NCBI GenBank assembly: GCA_020848745.1
Contig: JADLHM010000141.1
Span: 38,599 to 102,598, forward strand
DNA: 64,000 nucleotides
Direction of reading: 5' to 3'
Source: Deltaproteobacteria bacterium
GTDB lineage: Bacteria; Desulfobacterota; Binatia; UTPRO1
The notes under the pieces were generated by a model. The model did not search any database, was not told the origin of the DNA, and worked only from the letters and a program-made list of their open reading frames with translations. This document shows positions 29,052 to 39,095 of the stretch, piece after piece. How positions within the stretch are numbered: the stretch's first letter is position 1; the number at the start of each line of letters is the position of its first letter. A program made the position numbers and the translations under genes.

Positions 29052-31400
29052 GTGGTGGTGGCTGGAAAAGCGGCACGCGTAGCCAAGGGTGGGGTACGGG
29101 AGAAGGTCGAGCAGGCGACCGGAACGCTCCGGCGTGAGGTCGAGGCGCTCTTCGCGATCGCCGGAGCCTGCTATCTCGGGCTGAGCTTCCTGAGCTACAC
29201 GCCCGGTCGGGCGGCAGGGAACGTCGGTGGCCCGGTCGGGCACCTGCTCTCCGATCTCTTCGTCCAGGCATTCGGCCTCGCCGCGTTCCTGATCCCGGCG
29301 AGCATCGTCATCGTCGCCATCGTGGTGCTGCGGGGCGGGTCGCTCGCGCTCTCGGTCGTACGCGGGGCGGTGCTGACGGCGGAGCTGCTGCTCGCCGCTA
29401 CGACCCTCGCCCTGGTGCGCGGCCCGGGCCGCGAGGCGGCGGCGGGCGGTTGGGTCGGTGGTTTCCTCGCGAGCGTGCTGGCCGGGCTCTTCAACTCGCT
29501 CGGCGCGTTCCTGATCGTCGCGACCGGTCTCGTCCTCACGACCATGGTCGTGACGGGCGGCTCGCTCGTCGGCGGCATGACCGCCGTGGCGCGTCGCGCG
29601 ACCGCCACGCGCGGCGCGATCGCCGGTGCGTTCGCGCGCTGGCGCGAACGGCACCGGCCCGACGACGACGAGGACGACGTGGTGGCCCTGCCGCCGCCGC
29701 GCGAGCGCCGCGAACGGGAGTCGAGGCCCGAGCGCGGCAAGCGGTCGGCGCTGCCGCCGCCCGAGCCCGCGCCGCCGATCGTGGTGAACGAGCCGGAACC
29801 GCGCCCCGCCAAGGCCGGCAAGGGCAGGGCTTCGAAGGCGCTCAAGCAGGAGGAGTTCCACTTCTCGTCGGGGACGGCCCAGTACGAGCTGCCGCCGCTC
29901 GGCTTCCTCGACGCGCCCGTCGACGCGGGCGTCCAGATCGACGAGGACTCGCTGATCGCGAGCTCCCGCATCCTGCAATCGAAGCTCGCCGACTTCGGCG
30001 TCGACGGGAAGGTCGTCGCCGTCCGACCGGGTCCGGTCATCACGACCTTCGAGTTCGAGCCCGCGGCGGGCGTGAAGGTGAACCGCGTCGTGAACCTCGC
30101 CGATGATCTCTCGATGGCGCTCCGCGCCCACAGCGTCCGCATCCTCGCGCCGATCCCCGGGAAGCCCGTCGTCGGCATCGAGGTGTCGAACCCGCGGCGC
30201 GAGAAGGTGTGGCTGCGCGACATCATCGCGAGCGACCAGTTCCAGCGCTCCGAGTCGAAGCTCACGCTGGCGCTCGGCAAGGACACGACCGGCAACACCT
30301 ACGTGTCGGATCTCGGCAGGATGCCGCACCTGCTCATGGCCGGCGCGACCGGAACCGGCAAGTCGGTGTCGCTGAATGCCATGATCATGAGCATCCTCTA
30401 CGAAGCGTCGCCGCACGACGTGCGCTTCATCATGATCGATCCGAAGATGCTCGAGCTTTCGGTCTACGACAACATCCCGCATCTGCTCGTGCCGGTCGTG
30501 ACCGATCCGAAGAAGTCGGCCTACGCGCTCGCCAACGTCATGCAGGAGATGGACCGGCGCTATCGGCTCCTCAAGGAGAAGGGCGTCCGCAACATCGACA
30601 GCTACAACAAGGCGATCGCGGGCGAGCAGGCCGAGAAGCAGGCCGGGGTGATCGAGCTCACCGAGCCCGAGGATCCCGAAGAGGCCGCGGCGCCCTTCGT
30701 GCCGGGGCAGCCGCTCGGCAACCAGCCGCTCGTGCACGAGCACCTGCCGCGCATCGTCATCATCGTGGACGAGCTCGCCGACCTCATGATGACGGTCGGG
30801 CGCGAGGTCGAGGAGTCGATCACCAGGCTCGCCCAGAAGGCGCGCGCCGCCGGCATCCACCTGATCCTGGCGACCCAGCGACCGTCGGTCGACGTGATCA
30901 CCGGCCTCATCAAGGCGAACTTCCCGGCGCGCATCTCGTTCCAGGTGACGTCGCGCATCGATTCACGGACGATCCTCGACGCGCAGGGCAGCGAGCGTCT
31001 CCTCGGGGCGGGCGATTGTCTCTTCCTGCCCCCGGGCACGGCGCGGCTCACGCGCGTCCACGGCGCGTTCGTCTCCGACGAGGAGGTCCAGAAGGTCGTC
31101 GAGTTCTGGCGCAAGCAGGGCGCGCCGAGCTACCGGATGGAGCTTCTCGAGGGCGGGGAGGACGAGGAGGGCGGCGACGACGAGGACGACGACCTCCATG
31201 ACGAGATGTACGACATGGCGGTGCGGGTCGTGACCGAGAGCCGCCAGGCGTCGATCTCGTGGCTGCAGCGCAAGCTGCGCGTCGGCTACAATCGCGCCGC
31301 GCGCATGATCGAGCGCATGGAGCGCGAAGGCGTGGTGTCGCGTGCCGAGGGCGCGCGTCCGCGCGAAGTGCTGGCCCGGGGCGTCGACGCGGAAGATTGA
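29052..31400 (+). CDS. ftsK: DNA translocase FtsK
   Basis: N-terminal TM helices, Pro-rich linker, motor domain with Walker A MAGATGTGKS, and C-terminal gamma (winged-helix) domain. Confidence 0.95.
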   Translation: MVVAGKAARVAKGGVREKVEQATGTLRREVEALFAIAGACYLGLSFLSYTPGRAAGNVGGPVGHLLSDLFVQAFGLAAFLIPASIVIVAIVVLRGGSLALSVVRGAVLTAELLLAATTLALVRGPGREAAAGGWVGGFLASVLAGLFNSLGAFLIVATGLVLTTMVVTGGSLVGGMTAVARRATATRGAIAGAFARWRERHRPDDDEDDVVALPPPRERRERESRPERGKRSALPPPEPAPPIVVNEPEPRPAKAGKGRASKALKQEEFHFSSGTAQYELPPLGFLDAPVDAGVQIDEDSLIASSRILQSKLADFGVDGKVVAVRPGPVITTFEFEPAAGVKVNRVVNLADDLSMALRAHSVRILAPIPGKPVVGIEVSNPRREKVWLRDIIASDQFQRSESKLTLALGKDTTGNTYVSDLGRMPHLLMAGATGTGKSVSLNAMIMSILYEASPHDVRFIMIDPKMLELSVYDNIPHLLVPVVTDPKKSAYALANVMQEMDRRYRLLKEKGVRNIDSYNKAIAGEQAEKQAGVIELTEPEDPEEAAAPFVPGQPLGNQPLVHEHLPRIVIIVDELADLMMTVGREVEESITRLAQKARAAGIHLILATQRPSVDVITGLIKANFPARISFQVTSRIDSRTILDAQGSERLLGAGDCLFLPPGTARLTRVHGAFVSDEEVQKVVEFWRKQGAPSYRMELLEGGEDEEGGDDEDDDLHDEMYDMAVRVVTESRQASISWLQRKLRVGYNRAARMIERMEREGVVSRAEGARPREVLARGVDAED

Positions 31401-31522
31401 ATCGGTCGGCGCGCTCCCGCCGCGTCGGCCGGAGGCCGCCACGACCGCGCCGCCGCTCGTGGCGGCGCCCGCCGGCGCGACCCGGCTGGCGGCTCCCGCG
31501 CCGCGCTGTTAGAGAGCGCCGC

Positions 31523-32236
31523 ATGTCACGCGCCGCCGTCGCCGTCGTGCTCTTGCTCGCGCTCGCTCCGCTGCCGGATCGGGGCGGGGCGGCCCGCGCC
31601 GAGACGAGGCCAGGCGGCGCCGCCGCGTGTCCCGACCCGGCGACGATCGTGCGGAAGCTCCAGGAGCGGTACGACGGGACGCGCACGTTCCGCGCGAACG
31701 TCCGGCAGGAGATGAAGGTGAAGTCGCTCGACGTGAGCGACGTCTCCGAGGGCACCGTCGTCTTCAAGAAGCCCGGCAAGATGCGTTGGGATTTTCAGAC
31801 GCCGCGCGCGCAGCAGATCGTTTCCGACGGGGATCTTCTCTGGATCTATCAGCCCGACGACCGCCAGGTGTTGAAGGCGCCGTTTCGCGCCGCCTTCGTG
31901 TCGACGACGCCGGTGTCCTTCCTCCTCGGGGTCGGGCGCATCACGGACGACTTCCGGCCGGAGGCCGACGCGCGCGGCTGCACGGCGGAGCGCCTCTACG
32001 TGGCGCTCGCGTCAAAGCGTGGCGACGAGGTGGGCGCGCTCGCCTTCGGCGTCGACCCCGCGACCTACGACATCGTCGAGGCGTCCGTCACCGACCCGCT
32101 CGGCAACGTGACCACGCTCGGCTTCAGCGCCATCGCGCGGAACGTCGACGTTCCCGACGCGACCTTCGCGTTCACCGTGCCGAGCGGGGTCGACGTGATC
32201 ACGCCGCCCGGCGCCGCGGCCGCGCCGCCGCCGTAG
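31523..32236 (+). CDS. lolA: outer-membrane lipoprotein carrier protein LolA
   Basis: Signal peptide then LolA-like sequence (…FRANVRQEMKVKSLDVSDVSEGTVVFKKPGKMRWDF…). Confidence 0.8.
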   Translation: MSRAAVAVVLLLALAPLPDRGGAARAETRPGGAAACPDPATIVRKLQERYDGTRTFRANVRQEMKVKSLDVSDVSEGTVVFKKPGKMRWDFQTPRAQQIVSDGDLLWIYQPDDRQVLKAPFRAAFVSTTPVSFLLGVGRITDDFRPEADARGCTAERLYVALASKRGDEVGALAFGVDPATYDIVEASVTDPLGNVTTLGFSAIARNVDVPDATFAFTVPSGVDVITPPGAAAAPPP

Positions 32237-32317
32237 AGGAGCTCCGTCGTCGATCCGTCGCGATGCGCATGGACGGCGCACTGGCAAGGGGCCGACCGTC
32301 TTGCTACGAAGCGCCGC

Positions 32318-32803
32318 ATGCCTTCGTTCGACGTGGTCTCTCGCATCGACCTGCAGGAGGTCGACAACGCGCTCAACCAGACGCGGAAAGAGGTCGCCCA
32401 GCGCTACGATCTCAAGGACAGCAAGACCGAGATCGGCTGGGACCAGAAGGAGATCATCGTCACCTCGGCGGACGACTTCAAGGTGAAGGCCGTCGTCGAC
32501 GTCCTCCAATCGAAGCTCGTCAAACGGAACGTGCCCATCAAGAATCTCGACTACGGAGCGATGGAGCCGGCGCAGGGCGGCCGGGCGCGCCAGAAGATCA
32601 CGGTGCAGCAGGGCATCGAGACGGAGAAGGCGCGCGAGATCGTCAAGTTCATCAAGGGCACCGGCGTCAAGGCGCAGGCGCAGATCATGGATGACGAGGT
32701 GCGGGTGTCGGGGAAGAAGCGCGACGATCTCCAGGACGTGATCGCCAAGCTCCGTGGCGCCGACCTCGGCCTCGCGCTCCAGTTCGTCAACTTCCGCGAC
32801 TGA
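32318..32803 (+). CDS. yajQ: YajQ family cyclic-di-GMP-binding protein (UPF0234)
   Basis: MPSFDVVSRIDLQEVDNALNQTRKEVAQRYDLKDSK… full-length YajQ. Confidence 0.85.
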   Translation: MPSFDVVSRIDLQEVDNALNQTRKEVAQRYDLKDSKTEIGWDQKEIIVTSADDFKVKAVVDVLQSKLVKRNVPIKNLDYGAMEPAQGGRARQKITVQQGIETEKAREIVKFIKGTGVKAQAQIMDDEVRVSGKKRDDLQDVIAKLRGADLGLALQFVNFRD

Positions 32804-32807
32804 CGTC

Positions 32808-33791
32808 GTGGCCGCCCGCTCGGCGCCGCGGTCGCGGCAGCGCCCGCACGTGAAGGACGGCCGCCCCGAGAACACGCACCCGCTGAACCGGGGCGTCTAT
32901 CAGGACCGCATTCCGCTCTTCGAGTCGTTCCTGCGCTTCGCCGAGGCGTTGGCGCGTTGCTCGCCCGCGGCCGCGCACCGGACGGGCTGCGTGCTCGTGA
33001 GCTTCAACCTCGAGCGCGTGCTCGGCGCCGGCTTCTCGGGCGGCGCGGTGAGCGCGCGCGGCGTTGCCGGCAACGCGCGGCCGCGCGACAGCCATCTCCA
33101 CGCCGAAGAGCACGCCCTCCTCATCGCCGGCGCCGTCGAGAAGGACAAGCTGATGTTCGTCACCGAGGCGCCGTGCCTCCTCTGCGCGGTGCGCGCGATC
33201 AACAGCGGCGTGAGCCACGTCTATTACCGCACGACGAGCGCGCGCGGCCGCAAGGGCCTCGATCTCCTGCGCCGCGCGGGCAAGGCGGTGATCCACTACC
33301 CGCGCTGGCGGCCGCGCGGCGCGGGGCCGCATCCGCCCGGGCTCGTCGCCGGACGTCTGCCGGTGGCGATGACGCTGCCCGAGGCGTACCAGCGCTTCGC
33401 CGAGGCGCTCGCGCTGCGCTCGACGGACGGTTCGCAGAAGGTCGGGTGCGTGGTCGTCTCCGCCGACCTCGAGCGCGTGCTCGGCGTCGGCTACAACGGG
33501 GGCGCGGCCGGCATGAATGATCGCGACTTCATCCCGGCCGACCGCAGCGGCTACGTGCACGCCGAGGAGAACGCGCTCCTCAAGGCGGGCGCGATCGAGA
33601 AAGACAAGGTCATGTTCCTCACGCACACGCCGTGCGTCATGTGCGCGAAGCGGGCGATCAACAGCGGGGTGGCGCGGGTCCATTGCCGACAGCCGAATCA
33701 GCGCGGCGACGCGATGGGCCTGGCGCTGCTCAAGCAGGCCGGCAAGCGGGTCGTGTGGTGGCGGGGCGAGCCGAGGAGGCCGCGGCGATGA
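32808..33791 (+). CDS. tandem (duplicated) CMP/dCMP deaminase zinc-binding domain protein
   Basis: Two complete deaminase modules: HAEEHALL…PCLLCAVRAINSGVSHVYY and HAEENALL…PCVMCAKRAINSGVARVHC, each preceded by a similar ~50-aa leader; GTG start assumed just after the yajQ stop. Confidence 0.65.
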   Translation: MAARSAPRSRQRPHVKDGRPENTHPLNRGVYQDRIPLFESFLRFAEALARCSPAAAHRTGCVLVSFNLERVLGAGFSGGAVSARGVAGNARPRDSHLHAEEHALLIAGAVEKDKLMFVTEAPCLLCAVRAINSGVSHVYYRTTSARGRKGLDLLRRAGKAVIHYPRWRPRGAGPHPPGLVAGRLPVAMTLPEAYQRFAEALALRSTDGSQKVGCVVVSADLERVLGVGYNGGAAGMNDRDFIPADRSGYVHAEENALLKAGAIEKDKVMFLTHTPCVMCAKRAINSGVARVHCRQPNQRGDAMGLALLKQAGKRVVWWRGEPRRPRR

Positions 33792-33835
33792 GCGTGGCCT
33801 TGACCGCCCCGCCGCCGCTCTGAAAGATCGCGTCG

Positions 33836-34267
33836 ATGCTCACCGTCCGCATCACCAGGCGCGACCCGCGCGCGCAGATCCCGGACTACCAGACCGAGGG
33901 CTCCGCGGCCTTCGATCTCGCGATCCTCGACGACGCGACGGTGCCGGCACGCGGCCACGCGCTCCTGCCGACGGGACTGGTGATCGGCGTGCCGGCCGAC
34001 CACGTGTTCCACGTCTACGCGCGGTCCTCGCTCTTCAAGAAGTTCGGGCTCGTGCTGGCCAACGGCGTCGGCGTGATCGACCCCGACTACTGCGGTCCGG
34101 ACGACGAGGTGCTGATCTCGGTCTGGAACCCCGGCGGCCGCGACGTGCGGGTGCCGGCGGGGACGCGGATCGCGCAGGGCATCGTGTTCCCGCGGCCGCG
34201 CGTGCGATGGGTGGTGGCCGAGGCGACCGGTCCCGGGCGCGGAGGCTTCGGCTCGACGGGCCACTGA
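33836..34267 (+). CDS. dut: dUTP diphosphatase
   Basis: Trimeric dUTPase motifs (…AAFDL…, …RSSL…, GVIDPDY…). Confidence 0.9.
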   Translation: MLTVRITRRDPRAQIPDYQTEGSAAFDLAILDDATVPARGHALLPTGLVIGVPADHVFHVYARSSLFKKFGLVLANGVGVIDPDYCGPDDEVLISVWNPGGRDVRVPAGTRIAQGIVFPRPRVRWVVAEATGPGRGGFGSTGH

Positions 34268-34283
34268 GGAGGGGACGCGGAGC

Positions 34284-35156
34284 GTGCAGGCGTATCTCGA
34301 CATCGTCCGGCGCATCCTCGCGGAGGGCGAGCGCAAGCCGACGCGCACCGGCGTCGACACGATCGCGATCGCCGGCGCGACCTTCGAGCACGACATGGCG
34401 AAGGGCTTCCCGCTGCTCACCACCAAGCGGACGCCGTTCCGGCTCGTCGCGACCGAGCTCGAATTCTTCGTGCGCGGCATCACCGACAAGCGTTGGCTCC
34501 AGGCCCGCGACAACCACATCTGGGACGAGTGGGCGCATCCGCGAAAAGCCGCCTACGGACACGACGAAGCCGCGAAGCGGCGCATGCGCGAAGAGCCGGA
34601 CCTCGGGCCGATCTACGGCTTCCAGTGGCGTCACTTCGGCGCGGCCTACGTGGACCACGAGGCCGACTACGCCGGACGCGGGGTCGACCAGCTGCGCGGC
34701 GTCGTCGACACCCTGAGATCGAATCCCGACGATCGCCGCATGATCGTGAGCGCGTGGAATCCGCAGCAACTCGGCGAACAAGGGCTACCACCGTGCCATT
34801 TCGTGTTCCAGGTGACGGTGATCGGGGGCAGGCTCAATCTGCTCTGGAACCAGCGCTCGGTCGACGTCCCGCTCGGCCTGCCGTTCAACATCGCGAGCTA
34901 CGGGCTGCTGCTGCATCTGCTCGCGAAGGAGGCGGGCCTCAGGGAAGGGACGCTCATCGGCTTCCTCGCCGACACGCACGTCTACGTGAACCAGATCGAC
35001 GGCGTCCGCGAGCAGCTGACGCGCGACCCCGAGCGCTATCCGCTGCCGCGTGTCGTGACCGGGCCGTTCACCTCGATCTGGGACTGGACGGCCGAGCACA
35101 GCCGCGTCGAGGGCTACGAGAGCTACCCGAAGATCGACTTCCCGATCGCGGTCTGA
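34284..35156 (+). CDS. thyA: thymidylate synthase
   Basis: Classical ThyA (…PLLTTKR…, …PPCH…, …LPFNIASYGLLLHL…). Confidence 0.95.
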   Translation: MQAYLDIVRRILAEGERKPTRTGVDTIAIAGATFEHDMAKGFPLLTTKRTPFRLVATELEFFVRGITDKRWLQARDNHIWDEWAHPRKAAYGHDEAAKRRMREEPDLGPIYGFQWRHFGAAYVDHEADYAGRGVDQLRGVVDTLRSNPDDRRMIVSAWNPQQLGEQGLPPCHFVFQVTVIGGRLNLLWNQRSVDVPLGLPFNIASYGLLLHLLAKEAGLREGTLIGFLADTHVYVNQIDGVREQLTRDPERYPLPRVVTGPFTSIWDWTAEHSRVEGYESYPKIDFPIAV

Positions 35157-35160
35157 GGCC

Positions 35161-35631
35161 ATGATCACGATCGTGGCGGCGGTCGCGCGCAACGGGTGCA
35201 TCGGCAGGGACGGCGGCCTGCCGTGGCGCATCGCCGAGGACATGAAGCGCTATCGGGCGATCACGATGGGCAAGGTCGTCGTGATGGGTCGCCGGACCTG
35301 GGAGTCGATCCCGGAGCGCTTCCGCCCCCTGCCGGGCCGCACCAACGTCGTCGTGACGCGCCAGGCCGGCTATCCGCTGCCGGCGGGCGTCGAGCGCTTC
35401 GGGTCGCTCGCGGAGGCGCTCGCGGCGCACGCCGGCGACGCCGTCGTCGTCAACGGCGGCGGCGCGGTGTACGCCGAGGCGATGGAACGTGCCGACGTGC
35501 TCGACCTGACTCACGTGCACCGCGAGGTCGCCGGGGACACGTTCTTTCCGGCGATCGATCCGTCGGTCTGGAAGGAGACGGCGCGGGAGGACCACGAGGG
35601 GTTCTCCTTCGTCACCTACCGGCGCAGATGA
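35161..35631 (+). CDS. folA: dihydrofolate reductase
   Basis: MITIVAAVARNGCIGRDGGLPWR…VMGRRTWESIP… type-I DHFR. Confidence 0.9.
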   Translation: MITIVAAVARNGCIGRDGGLPWRIAEDMKRYRAITMGKVVVMGRRTWESIPERFRPLPGRTNVVVTRQAGYPLPAGVERFGSLAEALAAHAGDAVVVNGGGAVYAEAMERADVLDLTHVHREVAGDTFFPAIDPSVWKETAREDHEGFSFVTYRRR

Positions 35632-36332
35632 GCGGCGTCTTCGTCGTCGTCGACGGCACCGACGGATCGGGGAAGGGCACCCAGACGACCCGGCTCGAGC
35701 GGCGCCTGCGCGCCGAAGGGCGAGACGTCGTGCTCGTCGACTTCCCGCGCTACGGCGCGCCGTCGGCCTACTTCGTCGAGCGCTACCTGCACGGCGAGTA
35801 CGGCGACCTCGCCGGCGTCGACGCGTATCGCGCCTCCATGTTCTACGCGCTCGACCGCTTCGATGCGTCGTTCGAGATCCGGGCGGCGCTGGCGCGCGGC
35901 GCGATCGTGATCTCGAACCGTTACGTCTCGGCCAACAAGGGGCACCAGATGGCGAAGCTCGCCGACCCCGGCGAGCGCGAGCGGTTTCTCGCCTGGCTGA
36001 ACCATCTCGAGTACGGGCTGCTCGGGATTCCGAAGCCCGACCTCACCATTCTGCTCCACGTGCCCGCCGACGTCGGGTTCGAGCTCGTGGCCCGGAAGGA
36101 CGAGCGCGCCTACCTGCGGGGCAAGGTGCGCGACATCCACGAGGACGACCGCGCGCATCTGCGGGCGGCGGAAGCCGCTTACCTGGAGCTCGTCACGCTC
36201 GACCGGAGCGAACGGTGGGAGTCCGTCGACTGCATGGAGGACGGGCGGCTGCTCGCGATCGAGGAGGTGGAGCGCCGGGTGTGGGCGCTCGTGGCGCCGC
36301 TCGTCGGCGCCGCGCCGGCAAGCCGGCCATAG
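35628..36332 (+). CDS. thymidylate/deoxynucleoside-monophosphate kinase family protein
   Basis: P-loop VVDGTDGSGKGTQ, LID-like region; ATG overlaps folA stop (ATGA), completing a dut-thyA-folA-kinase cluster. Confidence 0.7.
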   Translation: MSGVFVVVDGTDGSGKGTQTTRLERRLRAEGRDVVLVDFPRYGAPSAYFVERYLHGEYGDLAGVDAYRASMFYALDRFDASFEIRAALARGAIVISNRYVSANKGHQMAKLADPGERERFLAWLNHLEYGLLGIPKPDLTILLHVPADVGFELVARKDERAYLRGKVRDIHEDDRAHLRAAEAAYLELVTLDRSERWESVDCMEDGRLLAIEEVERRVWALVAPLVGAAPASRP

Positions 36333-36427
36333 CCGTACGCTGATATTCCGCGATGTTCGCGTTTTCGGCTCCGAGAGTTGACACCGTGGGTACCAGCCCT
36401 TACCATCCGCCGCCTTTCGAGGAGACC

Positions 36428-36853
36428 ATGCGCAAAGCCTTCCTGAAAACCGCTCGCGAAACACTCGAAACCATGAAGCGGCAGTTGCTCGCCGAGATCC
36501 AACAGGACCTCAAGCAGGGCCGCGAATCGTCCAAGGACGAGGGCATGGACACCTACGATCTCGCCAGCGAGGAGCGCGAGCGCGAGATCAACTTCATCCT
36601 CACCGACCGCGATCGCGGCAAGCTCCAGGCGATCGAGGACGCGCTCGACCGCATCGCGGAAGGATCCTACGGGATCTGCGAGAGCTGCGAGCAGGAGGTC
36701 GCCGAGGGGCGGCTCCAGGCGATGCCGTTCACCCGCCTCTGCGTGCAATGTCAGGCCGACCGGGAGACGGAGGCCAAGCAGAACCGGCGTGGGGATGACG
36801 ATCGCGCGTATCGGCGGCTCGGCGCCACCGACCTCGACGAAGAAGGTCAGTAA
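36428..36853 (+). CDS. dksA: DksA/TraR family C4-type zinc-finger RNA polymerase-binding protein
   Basis: Coiled-coil N-terminus and C4 finger CESCEQEV…CVQCQ. Confidence 0.85.
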   Translation: MRKAFLKTARETLETMKRQLLAEIQQDLKQGRESSKDEGMDTYDLASEEREREINFILTDRDRGKLQAIEDALDRIAEGSYGICESCEQEVAEGRLQAMPFTRLCVQCQADRETEAKQNRRGDDDRAYRRLGATDLDEEGQ

Positions 36854-37002
36854 AAGTCCGTGGCACCGCAGGTCGCTGAAAACGGCCGGTCTGCGTCGGT
36901 GCGCGGTCGACTCGCTTGTGCGGCGTAGCTCCGTGCCGGTCGCGTAACGCCTCGAAAAGCTTGGTTGGGGGCTTCGCTTCGCTCGCCCCTTCCCCGCGGG
37001 CT

Positions 37003-37562
37003 CTACCGGTGGCAGCCGGGGAGGCCGTGGGAGGGGACGCCGTGGTGATAGGAGGCGTGGCCGTGGAGGCCGAGGGCCCAGCCGAGCGTGACGATGACCA
37101 GGCCCGCGAGGAGGACCGTGAGGACGGACTTCACGGCGTCGAAGCCGTTGACGCGCTCGAGGCCGACGATGACGAGGAAGAGCGTGTAGAGAAACGTGAG
37201 GCCGCCGACGAGGGGGAGGAACATGAAGGCCATCGGCGCGGTCGCGTAGGCGATCACGCGATAGGTCGCCTCGAAGTCCGCACTCCCCGAGAAGATCTGG
37301 CGGGCGACGAGGAGGAAGACGGCGGCGTAGAGGAACGAGCGGAGCATCCCCCAGAAGACGAGGCTCAGGCCGAAGCCGCGCGGGCCGAGCACGAGGTAGC
37401 CGAGCGCCGCCACGACGAGGCACCCCATCAGGAAGAGCAGCGGCGCCTGGATGCCGCCGCGGGTCGGCATGTCCTGGAAGAAGCCGCGCGGATCGGTGAC
37501 CACGCGCTTCCAGACTCCGACGAAGCTCTCGGCGAATTGCTCGGTGCGAAACTCCTCGTGCA
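37003..37562 (-). CDS. Yip1-domain-like integral membrane protein (hypothetical)
   Basis: ~5 TM helices after a soluble N-terminal stretch; start set at MHEEFRTEQF. Confidence 0.45.
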
Positions 37563-37631
37563 TCGCGTCCTCCGGGGTGTTCAGGCACGGCGCACGGCCG
37601 CGCACTTCGCGGGACGCTACAGAAAGCTCCG

Positions 37632-39065
37632 ATGCCAGGCAAGGTGATACGCGGCACGCGTCTGCCACGACGAGCGCCGCGTGCGGTACGCGCCGTGCTC
37701 GTCGCCGCGTATCGCGCCGCGGTCGCCGCCGTCGATCCGCGGACCGTCGCGGCGAGCGCGCTCGCGCTCGATCGAGAGCGCGAACGACTCGTCGTGCGCG
37801 CTCGCGGTCGGCGCGTGGTGCTGCCGCTCGGCGGAGGGCTCGTCGTGATCGGCGCGGGGAAGGGCGCGGCCGGCCTCGCGGCCGGCGCCGAGGCGGTCGT
37901 CGGATCGCGCGTCGTCGACGGCTGCGTGATCGTGCCGCCAGGCTACGAGCGTCCGCTCGCGCGGGTCGCGATCGCTCACGGGAGTCATCCGGTACCCGGC
38001 GCGGCCAGCGTCGCCGCGACCCGCCGGATGCTCGCGACGCTCGCCCGCCATCCGCGCGCCGCCGTGCTGGTCGTGCTCACCGGCGGCGCATCGAGCCTGC
38101 TCGTGCTGCCGGCGGCGGGTCTCTCGCTCGCCGACGTACGACGCGCGGGCGCCTGGCTCCTCGCGAGCGGCATCGACATCGCGGGCGCCAACGCGATCCG
38201 GAAGCACCTCTCGGCGGTCACGGGAGGGCGGCTCGCGGCGCGTCTGGTCGGGCGCGCCGCCGCCGCGGTCGTCGTCTCGGACGTGCCCGGCGACGACCTC
38301 GCGGTGATCGGCTCGGGACCGACGGTCGCCGATCCGAGCACCTTCCGGTGCGCCACCGTGCTCGCGCGCCGGATCGGGTTGGCGCCGGAATTGCCTGCGG
38401 CGGTCCGGCGGCACCTGGCGCGCGGCGCGCGGGGGGAGATCGCGGAGACGCCGAAACCGGGCTCGCCCGCCGGCCGTGCGTGTCCGACGATCCTCCTCGC
38501 GGGGAACGCGACGGCATGCGCGCACGCGGCCGCCTGGGGACGACACGCGGGGTTTTCGCGGATCGTCGTGCGGCGCGCTCCCCTCGTCGGCGCGACGGCC
38601 GACGCGGCGCGCGCCGTCGTCCGCGGCCTGCGCACCGCCGCGGCCCGCGCCCGCGCGGGGTCGCCGGTGCTCTGGATCGCCGGGGGCGAGACCACCGTGC
38701 GGCTCGGCGGCGCGTCCGGGAAGGGCGGCCGCAACCAGGCCCTCGCGCTCGCGGTCGCGCGCGAGCTCGCCGACGTCGACGGCTGGGCGCTCCTCGCGGC
38801 GGGCACGGACGGGATCGACGGGCCCACGGACGCCGCGGGCGGCTTCGTGGACGGGGCGAGCGCCGGGCGCGCGATGCGCCTCGGCCGGACGCTCGCACGG
38901 GCGCTCGATCGCCACGACGCGTATCCGCTGCTCGCCGCGCTCGGCGACCTCTTCCGGCCCGGACCGACCGGGACGAACGTCGCGGACCTCGTGATCGCGA
39001 TCGTGTGGAAGGATCGCGGATGGCGGCTCCCCGGTCGTGTGATAGAAGCGAAGAGCCGCCGATGA
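37632..39065 (+). CDS. glycerate kinase (MOFRL/GckA-type)
   Basis: DUF4147-like N-terminus plus MOFRL C-terminus (…VLWIAGGETTV…, LAAGTDGIDGPTDAAGG…). Confidence 0.75.
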   Translation: MPGKVIRGTRLPRRAPRAVRAVLVAAYRAAVAAVDPRTVAASALALDRERERLVVRARGRRVVLPLGGGLVVIGAGKGAAGLAAGAEAVVGSRVVDGCVIVPPGYERPLARVAIAHGSHPVPGAASVAATRRMLATLARHPRAAVLVVLTGGASSLLVLPAAGLSLADVRRAGAWLLASGIDIAGANAIRKHLSAVTGGRLAARLVGRAAAAVVVSDVPGDDLAVIGSGPTVADPSTFRCATVLARRIGLAPELPAAVRRHLARGARGEIAETPKPGSPAGRACPTILLAGNATACAHAAAWGRHAGFSRIVVRRAPLVGATADAARAVVRGLRTAAARARAGSPVLWIAGGETTVRLGGASGKGGRNQALALAVARELADVDGWALLAAGTDGIDGPTDAAGGFVDGASAGRAMRLGRTLARALDRHDAYPLLAALGDLFRPGPTGTNVADLVIAIVWKDRGWRLPGRVIEAKSRR

Positions 39066-39095
39066 CGACGTCGCGCGCATTCCGGAGGCAGCTCC

